Part shown: positions 15,598-24,599 of the stretch, in pieces
How the letters are laid out: every line of letters starts with the position of its first letter
Position numbering within the stretch: position 1 is the first letter of the stretch
Virus record (IMG/VR): IMGVR_UViG_3300006737_000072
Location: 1 to 37,373 of that record
Source of the DNA: a virus
Taxonomy: Duplodnaviria > Caudoviricetes
Strand: one strand, 5' to 3'
DNA: 37,373 nucleotides
Position numbers and translations under genes: made by a program
Notes under the pieces: generated by a model
What the model was told of the DNA's origin: nothing
Seen by the model: only the letters and a program-made list of their open reading frames with translations
Database searches by the model: none

Positions 15598-16610
15598 TTG
15601 CCCTGCTTTGCCTAGCCTTGTTTGGTGGTGGGAAGCCAGCCAACCCCGACGTTGTCGAGATGTGGGTGGACGACCTTGGCCGGGTTACCCCGTTTGGTCG
15701 TACGTTTGACGTGTACATCCAGACCGGCTTTGACCCTGAATTCTCACAACCGGACGGTAGCCCACGGCCCCCGTACACCATTGGGAGTACGCGGGGCGGT
15801 GAGGTTCCCACTCGTGCGTTCGCATGGACTGTTGAAGGCGACGTGTTCAAGAATCGCAACGATGCGTTCTACCCGTTCCTTGAGAACTGCCCTGAATGTA
15901 TTGAATACTGGGAGCAAGACACCGGGATCAAGTGCCCCGACCCCGGCGAGTATTGGGATTGTATTCAGTCCAACCCATACCAGCGTTGGATGTACCTTGG
16001 TCAGAACTACACCCCAGTCAATTGGGACACGATAAACGGTGTGCCCAACACTTTCGATCTGGTAGGGCTGGACTACTTCTGGGCTGACTCTTGGATCTTG
16101 CACGGTGAACCCGGCAAGAAGTACGGAGCCTTTGGCCGTCTCAAGTACCCGCAAGTTCAAGCCCAACACAAAGGCCTAATCGAACCAAACACACTGATTT
16201 TCTGGCCGCACCGTGACACCATTGTGGGTGAGGTCTGCTGCTCTTCACCAAGCCAGAACGACTATGCCGATCTGATTATGTGGCGTGGCTACGACGTGGA
16301 CTGGGAGAGCGAGAAGCACCCCGGCTCGTTCCACATTGCCCGCTTCACTGGTCCGGACTACTTCGGCAGCGGCGGCGTGATCCGCTTTGCCTGTGGTCAG
16401 GACTACAACTGTGACCGTGCCCCGTACTTCGTGGATTACTACGCGGACAACTCTTGCCCATCTGACCTAAACGAGGACGGCGTGGTGGGGTTTGAAGACC
16501 TGCTGCAAGTCCTGTCTGACGTAGCCGCTGTCAAGTATCACCCGCAAACCAACAGTGGGTTTACTGCTCTGCTCAAAGTCTTGTCGGAATGGGGGGTGTG
16601 CGGTGGCTAA
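15594..16610 (+). CDS. Cys/Trp-rich exported protein with C-terminal dockerin/EF-hand-like domain
   Basis: Hydrophobic start MIALLCLALFGGG; C-terminus CPSDLNEDGVVGFEDLLQVL...LLKVLSEWGVC. Confidence 0.75.
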   Translation: MIALLCLALFGGGKPANPDVVEMWVDDLGRVTPFGRTFDVYIQTGFDPEFSQPDGSPRPPYTIGSTRGGEVPTRAFAWTVEGDVFKNRNDAFYPFLENCPECIEYWEQDTGIKCPDPGEYWDCIQSNPYQRWMYLGQNYTPVNWDTINGVPNTFDLVGLDYFWADSWILHGEPGKKYGAFGRLKYPQVQAQHKGLIEPNTLIFWPHRDTIVGEVCCSSPSQNDYADLIMWRGYDVDWESEKHPGSFHIARFTGPDYFGSGGVIRFACGQDYNCDRAPYFVDYYADNSCPSDLNEDGVVGFEDLLQVLSDVAAVKYHPQTNSGFTALLKVLSEWGVCGG

Positions 16611-16848
16611 ACCAAAGGGCGGACTGACCAAGTGGTTCAAGGAAGACTGGCGGGACATTAAGACCGGCAAGAAGTGCGGTCGTTCGGGGAGCGAAAAGGG
16701 CAAGCGTCCTTACCCGGCATGTCGTCCAGCCAAGGTCGCAGCAAAGATGACCGCTGGTGAGAAGAGAGCAGCCGCTGCTCGTAAGACGGGACCGTCCCGT
16801 GTGACCTATGCCGTAACCGCTAGTGGTCGGCGAAGAAAGAAGAAGTAA
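16603..16848 (+). CDS. Basic protein (DUF5872-like C-terminal part), GTG start
   Basis: GGLTKWFKEDWRDIKTGKKCGR...PYPACRP motif. Confidence 0.78.
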   Translation: MAKPKGGLTKWFKEDWRDIKTGKKCGRSGSEKGKRPYPACRPAKVAAKMTAGEKRAAAARKTGPSRVTYAVTASGRRRKKK

Positions 16849-17045
16849 TGGAATCCTTCGATATATGGGCCACCCCGGCCTCCATCCTAATCGGCATCAT
16901 CTTCGGTGCAGCCCAAGTCAAGGCTGCCATCGAATCGCTTCGACATGCCGTAGATCGTTTGGATCAGGCCGTCCGCCTGCTTGAGACAAGAACTCAAGTG
17001 GTCGAGCAGCGTATTGCAAGGTTAGAAGGAAAGACTGAGAAATGA
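16848..17045 (+). CDS. Small single-TM coiled-coil protein (holin/XhlA-like)
   Basis: N-terminal hydrophobic helix followed by a heptad pattern ending IARLEG. Confidence 0.55.
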   Translation: MESFDIWATPASILIGIIFGAAQVKAAIESLRHAVDRLDQAVRLLETRTQVVEQRIARLEGKTEK

Positions 17046-17512
17046 TCCGGCTCGTGCCACTACTGCTTTTGCTTGGCTGCCAGACCTCTGGGGGAGGCGG
17101 CTTGGGTTTTACTATGCCCCAAATGGGGCTGACTCCACAGCAGGCGGTGGACCCCTCAATAGCGGCACTGGAACCATTTCGATGGGCGGGGGCCTTGTGC
17201 TTGATGAGCGGGGCAGTGCTGCTCTTCATCAGCCGGGGCATCAAGGGGTGGATTCCCTTGTTGACGGGGATTGGGCTTATCGTTCTGAATGTATTGCTTG
17301 CGGAAGCCTTGACCTACCTGTGGACTCTGGTGCTGATTATCGGAACAGTTGGGATAGCGGCTCTCGTATTTGGAACCAACCTGAAGGATTTAAAATTATG
17401 TCGTATTCGTTCTCTGATGTTCTTGCCGCCCTGCTCGTTGTGTCCGGGGCCTTCATCGCCGGAATGTGGGTTGGGCGACCCATCGTCGATTGGCTTAAAG
17501 GAAAAATCCTAA
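17042..17512 (+). CDS. Predicted lipoprotein with several TM helices
   Basis: Lipobox LLLLLG-C followed by about three hydrophobic segments. Confidence 0.65.
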   Translation: MIRLVPLLLLLGCQTSGGGGLGFTMPQMGLTPQQAVDPSIAALEPFRWAGALCLMSGAVLLFISRGIKGWIPLLTGIGLIVLNVLLAEALTYLWTLVLIIGTVGIAALVFGTNLKDLKLCRIRSLMFLPPCSLCPGPSSPECGLGDPSSIGLKEKS

Positions 17513-17526
17513 AGGAACTTGACTGA
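17398..17526 (+). CDS. 42-aa single-TM protein (MSYSFSDVLAALLVVSGAFIAGMWVGRPIVDWLKGKILKELD)
   Basis: AAGGA upstream; TGATG coupling to the tail fibre gene; overlaps the upstream gene's tail. Confidence 0.65.
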   Translation: MSYSFSDVLAALLVVSGAFIAGMWVGRPIVDWLKGKILKELD

Positions 17527-18998
17527 TGTCAGTAAAGATTCAACTGCGTCGAGGAACGCAAAGCGAGTTTTCCACCAACAACCCAACCCTGTTGGAGGGT
17601 GAAGTTGCAGTAGTGACTGATGATAAGAAAATCATCATTGGCCCCGGTGCGTTCAACGCTTTGGATGCTGCTGGCAAGTTCATCAACTACCACACCGATC
17701 AAGGTCTTGGCACAGTTGGTGGGTCTAACGCTACAAGTGAGATTCCGATTAAGTTGGTTGGGGCCAGCGGGCAAGCCGTTGCTGCTTTGCAGGTGCTTAA
17801 GAACGGTGGGTCCAACGGCATCCTTGAGGTGTTTACTGACAACACCACTGAACTGGTCAAGATCAACGCGGCAGACGGTGCGGTTGATGACATCTCGCTG
17901 CTGCTCAAAGCCAAAGCCAGTCAGACTGCTGCTGTCCTTGAGGTACAGGACTCCGGCGACACCACTCCACGCTTCCAAGTCAAAGAAGAAGGCCAAACCC
18001 TTATTGACCCAAACGACACAACAGATCCGTCGCTTCGGATTAAGAAGTCTTCCGGCAGTCAAAGCAATGGTATTTTGCGAGTCAATGAGGGCGGGACTGC
18101 GGAGTTCCAAGTCCTTGACGGGGGGATTTCGGTTGCAGGAACCTCGGCTCTTGAGGGCAATGTGACCGGCAAAGCCATCACTACCATTCAAAACGGTGCG
18201 GATGATACTGACCGGGTTGTGATTAAGGGTCTTGCCAGCGGTAATGTCATCGAGACATTTGAAGACAACGTATCTAAATTTAAGGTCGAGGCTACCGGGG
18301 CAGTTACATCAGAGGCTAAAGGCACGTTCGCCGATGCTGAAATTGATGTTTCTGGACGCACACTTGTCGATACCAGCGTTATGCGGCGAGACGAGATCGT
18401 TGATGAGTATCAGGCATTCAAGATGTACCACATTGATAGCAACATCCCTGCTGGTGCTTCTAGTACCTTGAAAATTAGAAAGTTTACGTCTACCGACGGA
18501 AACCCGTTGACCTTTTTCAATCTTGACAAACTTTCCTCTACTGCGGTTGTAACAAGTAGCGGCAGTGCAGGGGGTACAGAACCTGACATGGCCGATACGC
18601 CGGGCAGTTCGGTCTTCCCGGCTATCAAGTTAGCGGCGGGCGAAACAATGCTCCTCAAGATGGAATTAGAGGCCGAAGACCCCCCCTTCGGGACTACTCA
18701 ATGCCAAGTGCAACTCAACCGATACTCCTCAGACAGCCTTGCCTCTGGCGTAAGAGTACTGATAAGAGAGGAGACCGTTGCGGCCTCTTCGTATATTTTC
18801 ACCCATGCGGTTCTAAACAATGGGACTACCGATTTTTTTATTGCCGTCTCCACGTCGCAAACAGTGGCCTCCAATGGGGCCGGTGTGACGTGTAGCGGGC
18901 AGGCCCTCATCACAAAATCGTTGTCCCCCGCCCTAGTCGGACTGAGTACCGGGGCTACGGCTTTTGAAATTACCACCGTACCCGTAGTTATTCCGTAA
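17526..18998 (+). CDS. Tail fibre / receptor-binding protein with Mtd-N-like N-terminus
   Basis: KIQLRRGT...NPTLLEGEVAVVTD...IIIG; repeated ASQTAAVLEV/FQV fibre-shaft units. Confidence 0.82.
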   Translation: MSVKIQLRRGTQSEFSTNNPTLLEGEVAVVTDDKKIIIGPGAFNALDAAGKFINYHTDQGLGTVGGSNATSEIPIKLVGASGQAVAALQVLKNGGSNGILEVFTDNTTELVKINAADGAVDDISLLLKAKASQTAAVLEVQDSGDTTPRFQVKEEGQTLIDPNDTTDPSLRIKKSSGSQSNGILRVNEGGTAEFQVLDGGISVAGTSALEGNVTGKAITTIQNGADDTDRVVIKGLASGNVIETFEDNVSKFKVEATGAVTSEAKGTFADAEIDVSGRTLVDTSVMRRDEIVDEYQAFKMYHIDSNIPAGASSTLKIRKFTSTDGNPLTFFNLDKLSSTAVVTSSGSAGGTEPDMADTPGSSVFPAIKLAAGETMLLKMELEAEDPPFGTTQCQVQLNRYSSDSLASGVRVLIREETVAASSYIFTHAVLNNGTTDFFIAVSTSQTVASNGAGVTCSGQALITKSLSPALVGLSTGATAFEITTVPVVIP

Positions 18999-19005
18999 AC
19001 AAACA

Positions 19006-21639
19006 ATGCCCTACTCTCGCCTCCCCATTCCGTACCAAGGACTCACTGATTCGGTAGCCTTCCGCCAAGCGGCAGAAGGATTTACGAAGCGGTGTAAAAA
19101 CGTGTATCCGTTTGATGCCTTTGACAACAGGCGGCGAATGGGTACGCGGCAGGGGTTCTTGCAAATTGGCAAAACAAACGGGCAAATCCAAGGCATGGCA
19201 ACCTCAGAGTCCTTGGTTCAAAAGGGCGGCGACCAAGTTCTAAAGCGTCAACTTATTTATGTTTCAGGCGGCAAGGTGTACGTCACTGACTTGTCTGGTG
19301 ACCCAGTTGAAGCAGATGCGGTAAGTGCGACTGGCAACAACGCATTTAACGCAAATTACGACAGCGAGTCAACGGACCCAAGAGACCAGCCAAGAGACGC
19401 TAACAACAGGGACACCGTTGAGGCGGTTCCCAACGCGGTTAACGCAAGCACTCAACAGATATTTCAAAAGAATGCAAAGGTTGAGATCATCGCGTTCCGG
19501 CATGTTGGCCGCCTTGACGAAGATGCTAACGGTGCTTCTGGTGCAATTGGCACTATTGCGTTTACTGACATACCCACGGCTACCAAAACCGTAGTAATTA
19601 CTGACAACACCTCGGGAACCACCGCCGTCACCAAAACCTACACGGCAACTTCTGATAATACTCATATCAACGGGACGGCCAGTCCAAACTTTTTTCGAGG
19701 TGCAAGTGCCGCTGCGGCTGCGGCCAATTTACAGGATGCTATTCAAGCCGCTGGTGGACACAACGCACTTGGTGTAAGCACCGGCGAAACCATTGCCGTA
19801 AGCCTTTCTGGTTCTACGCTAACACTGTTCCAAAAGTTTGCCGGGTCTCGTGGCAACACAGAGATAACTGGGGACATAGACAATTGCAACATCACCGACT
19901 TTGCTGGCGGGACGGACAGTGAGCCACATCAGTACGCTTACATGACTGATGGCGTGCGGTACGTCAAGGTTGATTTGGCTCAAGGCACTCCGGCGGTCTC
20001 CCAATGGGTGGGTCCATACAAGACTGTTACAGCCGACTTCAATGGTACAACCTACCTTGCCCCGCTAATTCAACGGCACGGTGCAAGACTGGTAATGGCT
20101 GGTATTGAGCCTACCGGCAGCAACTGGTTCCTAAGCAAGATTAATGACCCGTATGATTGGACACCGGGCGCAGGTGTAACGGTTGGGGTTGAAGCCGTCG
20201 CGGGTTCGTCCGGCACGACGTTTGGCGAAGTTGGAGACAACATTAAGGCTTTGATCCCAGTTGGCACCAACAGTCTGGTATTCGGCTGCACCAACTCTAT
20301 GACCATGCTGACGGGCGACCCCGCCTTTAGCGATGTCAAGTTCCGTCAAGTGTCCCGCACTGTGGGCGTGTTGGGGCCAAGAGCCTTCACTCCGATTAAT
20401 GAAATGTCCACGCTGGTCGCGTCCTCTGAAGGCGTGTTTGGCATTGACCCTAACACGTTCGATATTGAGCGAGGGGCTAGGGTCAGCAAGGACCGGCTGG
20501 ACAACTTGTTCTCCCGTCTGGACTTTGAGGACACCGACATCGTTATGGGGTATGACGATTCCCGTAGTGCAGCGTTGATGTTTCTCACCAAGACAGATGA
20601 CCCAACCTCCAGCGAAATATTCGTCTTGGACATGTCCAACGGCGGCTGGTGGCAGTGGCAAATTTCCAACCCCGAATTGCGTGCCGTACAAGCCGTTGCC
20701 GCATTCCGCCCTGTAGACGGAGACCGAACGGCTCCATGGATTGGGACAAAGAGCGGGTACTTGTTGGCCCAGCCAGAAAGCCTTGTACTACACCAAGACG
20801 GTGCAGTGGACAGCAGTTCATCGTTTAGTTCTGTTCACCCGCCAAACACAGCGGCAGGATTGGCTACCGACTTTGATTCAGAACTGGTCATCGGACCCAT
20901 TAACGGCGACCCGTCACGTCGCATTTTGCTTAAAGATGTTCGCGTGCTTCTTGGTCAAAAGTCAGAATCAAGCGCAGACACTCTTGAGTCTGGGCCATTC
21001 ATGTCGTTGCTCTTTGGCGATACAGCACAGAGTGCAATTGGCTTTGTTTCTGGTGGTTTGCTGTCTACAACAAACACTGTGATCGACGGTGGTACGTCTG
21101 AGGCAAGTGGGTTTGACGATGTTCTGCTTGGTGTAAACCCATTGGATGGTGGCGACGAGGACAGTGGTTCGGATACATACACGGCTATTCTTTGGGGCGG
21201 TCTGGCTGCCGACCCGGATGGAACATACACCCCGACAACTACGGGCACGCTGCTTAACAACACTGTGTTCTCAGGCCCGAGTGACTGGACTTTATCTAGG
21301 ACAACAGACGGCAAGTGGCAGTTGAAGTATGACGGCGTAGCGTATTACGAGACCGAAAATGTTGTCTCTGGGTTGCCAACTACCATTCGGCTTAACCAAG
21401 ACGCAACCCCTCCATACTTGCCTGCTGAAGGTGAAGAGGCAACTCTGGTTACCTCCGGATTTGCAGGCGCACAATCCACACCAAACGTACAACTGGCCCG
21501 TGGTCGTTCCACAGCCAAACGCTCCAGAACCCGTGCGAGCGACATATTTGTAAAGATCGGCGCGAATTCACGCGCATGGGCATTGGAGGATGTCTCCGTC
21601 GATGTCGAGGACGGCGGCCCCGTCAGGAGTGTTACATAA
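19006..21639 (+). CDS. Tail nozzle / tubular protein B (P22 gp10-like) with inserted domains
   Basis: 877 aa, beta-propeller-like; WFLSKINDPYDW, VGDNIKAL and VSRTVGVLGPRA motifs; precedes the ejection proteins. Confidence 0.75.
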   Translation: MPYSRLPIPYQGLTDSVAFRQAAEGFTKRCKNVYPFDAFDNRRRMGTRQGFLQIGKTNGQIQGMATSESLVQKGGDQVLKRQLIYVSGGKVYVTDLSGDPVEADAVSATGNNAFNANYDSESTDPRDQPRDANNRDTVEAVPNAVNASTQQIFQKNAKVEIIAFRHVGRLDEDANGASGAIGTIAFTDIPTATKTVVITDNTSGTTAVTKTYTATSDNTHINGTASPNFFRGASAAAAAANLQDAIQAAGGHNALGVSTGETIAVSLSGSTLTLFQKFAGSRGNTEITGDIDNCNITDFAGGTDSEPHQYAYMTDGVRYVKVDLAQGTPAVSQWVGPYKTVTADFNGTTYLAPLIQRHGARLVMAGIEPTGSNWFLSKINDPYDWTPGAGVTVGVEAVAGSSGTTFGEVGDNIKALIPVGTNSLVFGCTNSMTMLTGDPAFSDVKFRQVSRTVGVLGPRAFTPINEMSTLVASSEGVFGIDPNTFDIERGARVSKDRLDNLFSRLDFEDTDIVMGYDDSRSAALMFLTKTDDPTSSEIFVLDMSNGGWWQWQISNPELRAVQAVAAFRPVDGDRTAPWIGTKSGYLLAQPESLVLHQDGAVDSSSSFSSVHPPNTAAGLATDFDSELVIGPINGDPSRRILLKDVRVLLGQKSESSADTLESGPFMSLLFGDTAQSAIGFVSGGLLSTTNTVIDGGTSEASGFDDVLLGVNPLDGGDEDSGSDTYTAILWGGLAADPDGTYTPTTTGTLLNNTVFSGPSDWTLSRTTDGKWQLKYDGVAYYETENVVSGLPTTIRLNQDATPPYLPAEGEEATLVTSGFAGAQSTPNVQLARGRSTAKRSRTRASDIFVKIGANSRAWALEDVSVDVEDGGPVRSVT

Positions 21640-22541
21640 TGGGACTTAGCGACTTATTTGGCGATGAAGGCGACCGCGATGCCGCAATGCGTCGTGCCTT
21701 TGAACAATACAAAAACGAGATGAACCAATACATCGGTGGCTTTGAGTCCCGATTTGGTGACCTTATCAACACGGTTATGGCTGACCGCGATACCGATATC
21801 GCTGCGTTTACTGCCATGTACCAACAGGGTATTGACCAGTACGAATCGTCAATGGCACGCTTGGAAGCAGGATTTGGTGAAGCAAGGGGACTTCTTGAAG
21901 AAGGCATCGATCAAACGCTTGAAGACATCGATAGGTCCACAGAAGCGGCGGCAGCCCGCTCGATGGCACAAGGCGCGCTTACGGGCCTCAGTGGGACATC
22001 GTTTGGAGCAGCACAAACCGAGGCGTATCGCCAAGAAGGTGCAAGAGAAGGTCGGCGTGCCCAAGAACAATTCCGTGGGCAGATGGCTGATCTTTCTTTG
22101 AGGGAAGGGGCCTCGATGTTTGAGGCCGGTGCAGGCTTGTCCAGCATGATCACTCAACGAGCATCGGCTGAAAGCGACCTACGTCGATCATATACCTCGG
22201 CTATCTCTGGCTTGCAGTCTTCGCTGGCCCAACAGGTCTTTGGAGCGCAGTCAGGCATTGCCGGTGCTGGGTTTGATACTGGCATGGCTCGTGCTGAGAA
22301 CATTGGCACTGGCTTTAACTTGACGGGGGCACTTATAAACACGGGCCTGTCGATGCTTGCAGGCGGTGCGCAGAATCCGGGTGGTCAAACTCCTTTCCAG
22401 TATTCCTCACAGTCTTACGGCATGGGGCCACAGGGCGGAGGCTATGGAACCATCTCTACTGGTGGCGAACTTCCTTCAGGTCTAGCAACATTCAACCCCG
22501 CTTATGGTCAAGGCGGCGGGTATACCTATCAAACGTATTGA
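21639..22541 (+). CDS. Internal virion / DNA ejection protein
   Basis: MGLSDLFG start; Ala/Gln/Gly-rich helical; GLSGTSFGA motif; position. Confidence 0.65.
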   Translation: MGLSDLFGDEGDRDAAMRRAFEQYKNEMNQYIGGFESRFGDLINTVMADRDTDIAAFTAMYQQGIDQYESSMARLEAGFGEARGLLEEGIDQTLEDIDRSTEAAAARSMAQGALTGLSGTSFGAAQTEAYRQEGAREGRRAQEQFRGQMADLSLREGASMFEAGAGLSSMITQRASAESDLRRSYTSAISGLQSSLAQQVFGAQSGIAGAGFDTGMARAENIGTGFNLTGALINTGLSMLAGGAQNPGGQTPFQYSSQSYGMGPQGGGYGTISTGGELPSGLATFNPAYGQGGGYTYQTY

Positions 22542-22548
22542 GGCAAAC

Positions 22549-23193
22549 ATGGCAAAAAAGAACATAGAAATAAAAGCCCCAACCATACTTGGGAAAGAAG
22601 TGTCGCCAAACATAGCAAACGCTGTGTCTGCCTTTTCTGCGTCGATTACCGCAGAAGGTCGGCGGAGGGAAAGAGCGGGCCTTAGCGGTGCTGGCTTTGC
22701 TGCTGGCTTTGCTGAGGGCATGTCTCCGATTATTGACTACAGCAAGATTATGCGTGGTAAGGCTGACCCCGGCACTGTTCTGGGTCGGGTGGGCATGCGT
22801 GCTATGCAGGACAACCAACGGTTCAAGTCAGACCCGACAGAAACTGAAACCGAGGACGATGTTGTGGTTGACCCGTTGAAATTGCCTGTTGAGGAGTCAA
22901 AGTCTTCCGACCCGCTTGGGCTTATGAAACCACCGACTTCGGGACCTGAAGACAAGCCGGAGGTTTCGGAGGTTGAGGAAGCAGCAACAACCGCAGTCAA
23001 GGCAGCAACTGGACCAAAGAATCCCCTTGACCAACTGGAACCCGGTGACCGGCAGGTGGTATTGACATTGATTTCTCGTGAAGGTCTTTCTGATGAGGAT
23101 TTGACCACTGGGGTAAATTATCTTGTAAACAACTACGGGCTAAACCTTGCCCAAGAGGCACTAAAATATGCTGCTGAAGGTAAAGCAAAATGA
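22549..23193 (+). CDS. Hypothetical protein, probable internal virion protein
   Basis: GAGG before ATG 22549; GAGFAAGFAEG hydrophobic Gly stretch. Confidence 0.65.
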   Translation: MAKKNIEIKAPTILGKEVSPNIANAVSAFSASITAEGRRRERAGLSGAGFAAGFAEGMSPIIDYSKIMRGKADPGTVLGRVGMRAMQDNQRFKSDPTETETEDDVVVDPLKLPVEESKSSDPLGLMKPPTSGPEDKPEVSEVEEAATTAVKAATGPKNPLDQLEPGDRQVVLTLISREGLSDEDLTTGVNYLVNNYGLNLAQEALKYAAEGKAK

Positions 23194-24599
23194 CCCGACA
23201 AACACCTAGACGATATGGGCAAGGCAGCCCAGTTGGAAACCAAATCCGTGACAATATATCCAAGCAAGACCTTGGATCAATCATGCGGCCTGACCCCGAA
23301 ATGGGTACAAAGGACGCAGGTAAGTCTCTTGCGGCACTTCGCAACGGCGACTACCAAGGGCTTGAGGGCATTCAGTTTGGTGTGATGCAGGGCAATCCTG
23401 TAGCCATCTTGCCTGACGGTCATGCCGTGGTCATTTCTGCTGGCGAAGCAATGCAGGGTATCACCCAACGTAACAAGCGGCGGCAGCAAATCGGCGAGCA
23501 GATGGCTTACGACGAGGACGTTAAGCACTTTGCTGAGACCAACCGAAGAACCATGCAGCAACTGGTTGACGGCTTTGAGTTTGCCCCGGCTATCTCTGGC
23601 GGGTATATGTCACTGTACGAGTCCTCCCCCATGGAAACCATGCAGGAGTTGTTGCAGTATGACCGGGGCCAAAGAGAAGAGGCTACCCGCTCGCTGGTTT
23701 CCAAGCAAAGAACTGCCCGCAACAACACCATCAATAATTCCTTGAGCATGATGGCAAGAAATGCCAAGGGTTCGGGTGCAAGTGCAGATGAAGCGGGCCG
23801 CCTCCAAGTAGGCGTGGGACACTTACGCAACTTCGCTACACGCGCAGCACCGCTGGATGACCTGAACGAAGTGCTTGCCGACCCGGCTGCGTTGGCTGAA
23901 CTTCAGATGGCTTTGCAGGGGGTCAGTCCCGGCACTTTGTCAAAAAGCAAAAGGGCGTTGATCGACAACCAGCGTGACGCAGAGTTTGTTGGCGAGCCGT
24001 ATATGATGAACCCGCAACAAGACTACCCCGCGTTGCACTCTGCTTTGAAAACCATGTTTACTTCAGGCGGCATGGCAAATGCTATCAATGTAGACGCAGC
24101 AGTTGCCGCCGTTCTTGAAGCGGAGAATGTGATTGTTGACCCGGCATCCCTTCGTGCCAGCGCACGACTTGAAGTTAGCAGCCGCCTAAGCAAATATGGC
24201 ACGCCTAACAAAAGTGCGGAGCGTAAAGCGTTTGAAAAGGATGACACCAACGTACCAGATCGGTTTACGCCAAAGGGCGATGGGTACGTTGATGCGGGCG
24301 GCAGAGAATACACCCTCGAAGAAGTGAAATCTGATATTAACAAACGAGATTTTATCTCTCGTGCGATGAGTCTCGCTTCCGACTTTGTAAATCTTAACGA
24401 AATGCCTGAAAAGTATCAACGGCTCGCGGAAGCGGGCAGTGACGCACAAAAGCCACTAGTAGAACTTTACTTCTACTACGAGTCCATGCTTGACGGAAAG
24501 CGGGAAGCGGTTCAATCAGTGAAACGCATGGAAGAAAACCCTAGCGATATTCGGTCAAAACTAAAAACGATTCTTCAAGCAGCAGGATTTAACGTTTGA
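23190..24599 (+). CDS. Probable internal virion / ejection protein (469 aa)
   Basis: Helical, Cys-free, coupled to both neighbours. Confidence 0.65.
   Translation: MTRQTPRRYGQGSPVGNQIRDNISKQDLGSIMRPDPEMGTKDAGKSLAALRNGDYQGLEGIQFGVMQGNPVAILPDGHAVVISAGEAMQGITQRNKRRQQIGEQMAYDEDVKHFAETNRRTMQQLVDGFEFAPAISGGYMSLYESSPMETMQELLQYDRGQREEATRSLVSKQRTARNNTINNSLSMMARNAKGSGASADEAGRLQVGVGHLRNFATRAAPLDDLNEVLADPAALAELQMALQGVSPGTLSKSKRALIDNQRDAEFVGEPYMMNPQQDYPALHSALKTMFTSGGMANAINVDAAVAAVLEAENVIVDPASLRASARLEVSSRLSKYGTPNKSAERKAFEKDDTNVPDRFTPKGDGYVDAGGREYTLEEVKSDINKRDFISRAMSLASDFVNLNEMPEKYQRLAEAGSDAQKPLVELYFYYESMLDGKREAVQSVKRMEENPSDIRSKLKTILQAAGFNV

Noticed and set aside
17526-18998. Diversity-generating retroelement suggested by the Mtd-N-like fibre
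   Set aside because: No reverse transcriptase and no template/variable repeat pair seen in the window; Mtd-N is a common fibre anchor.
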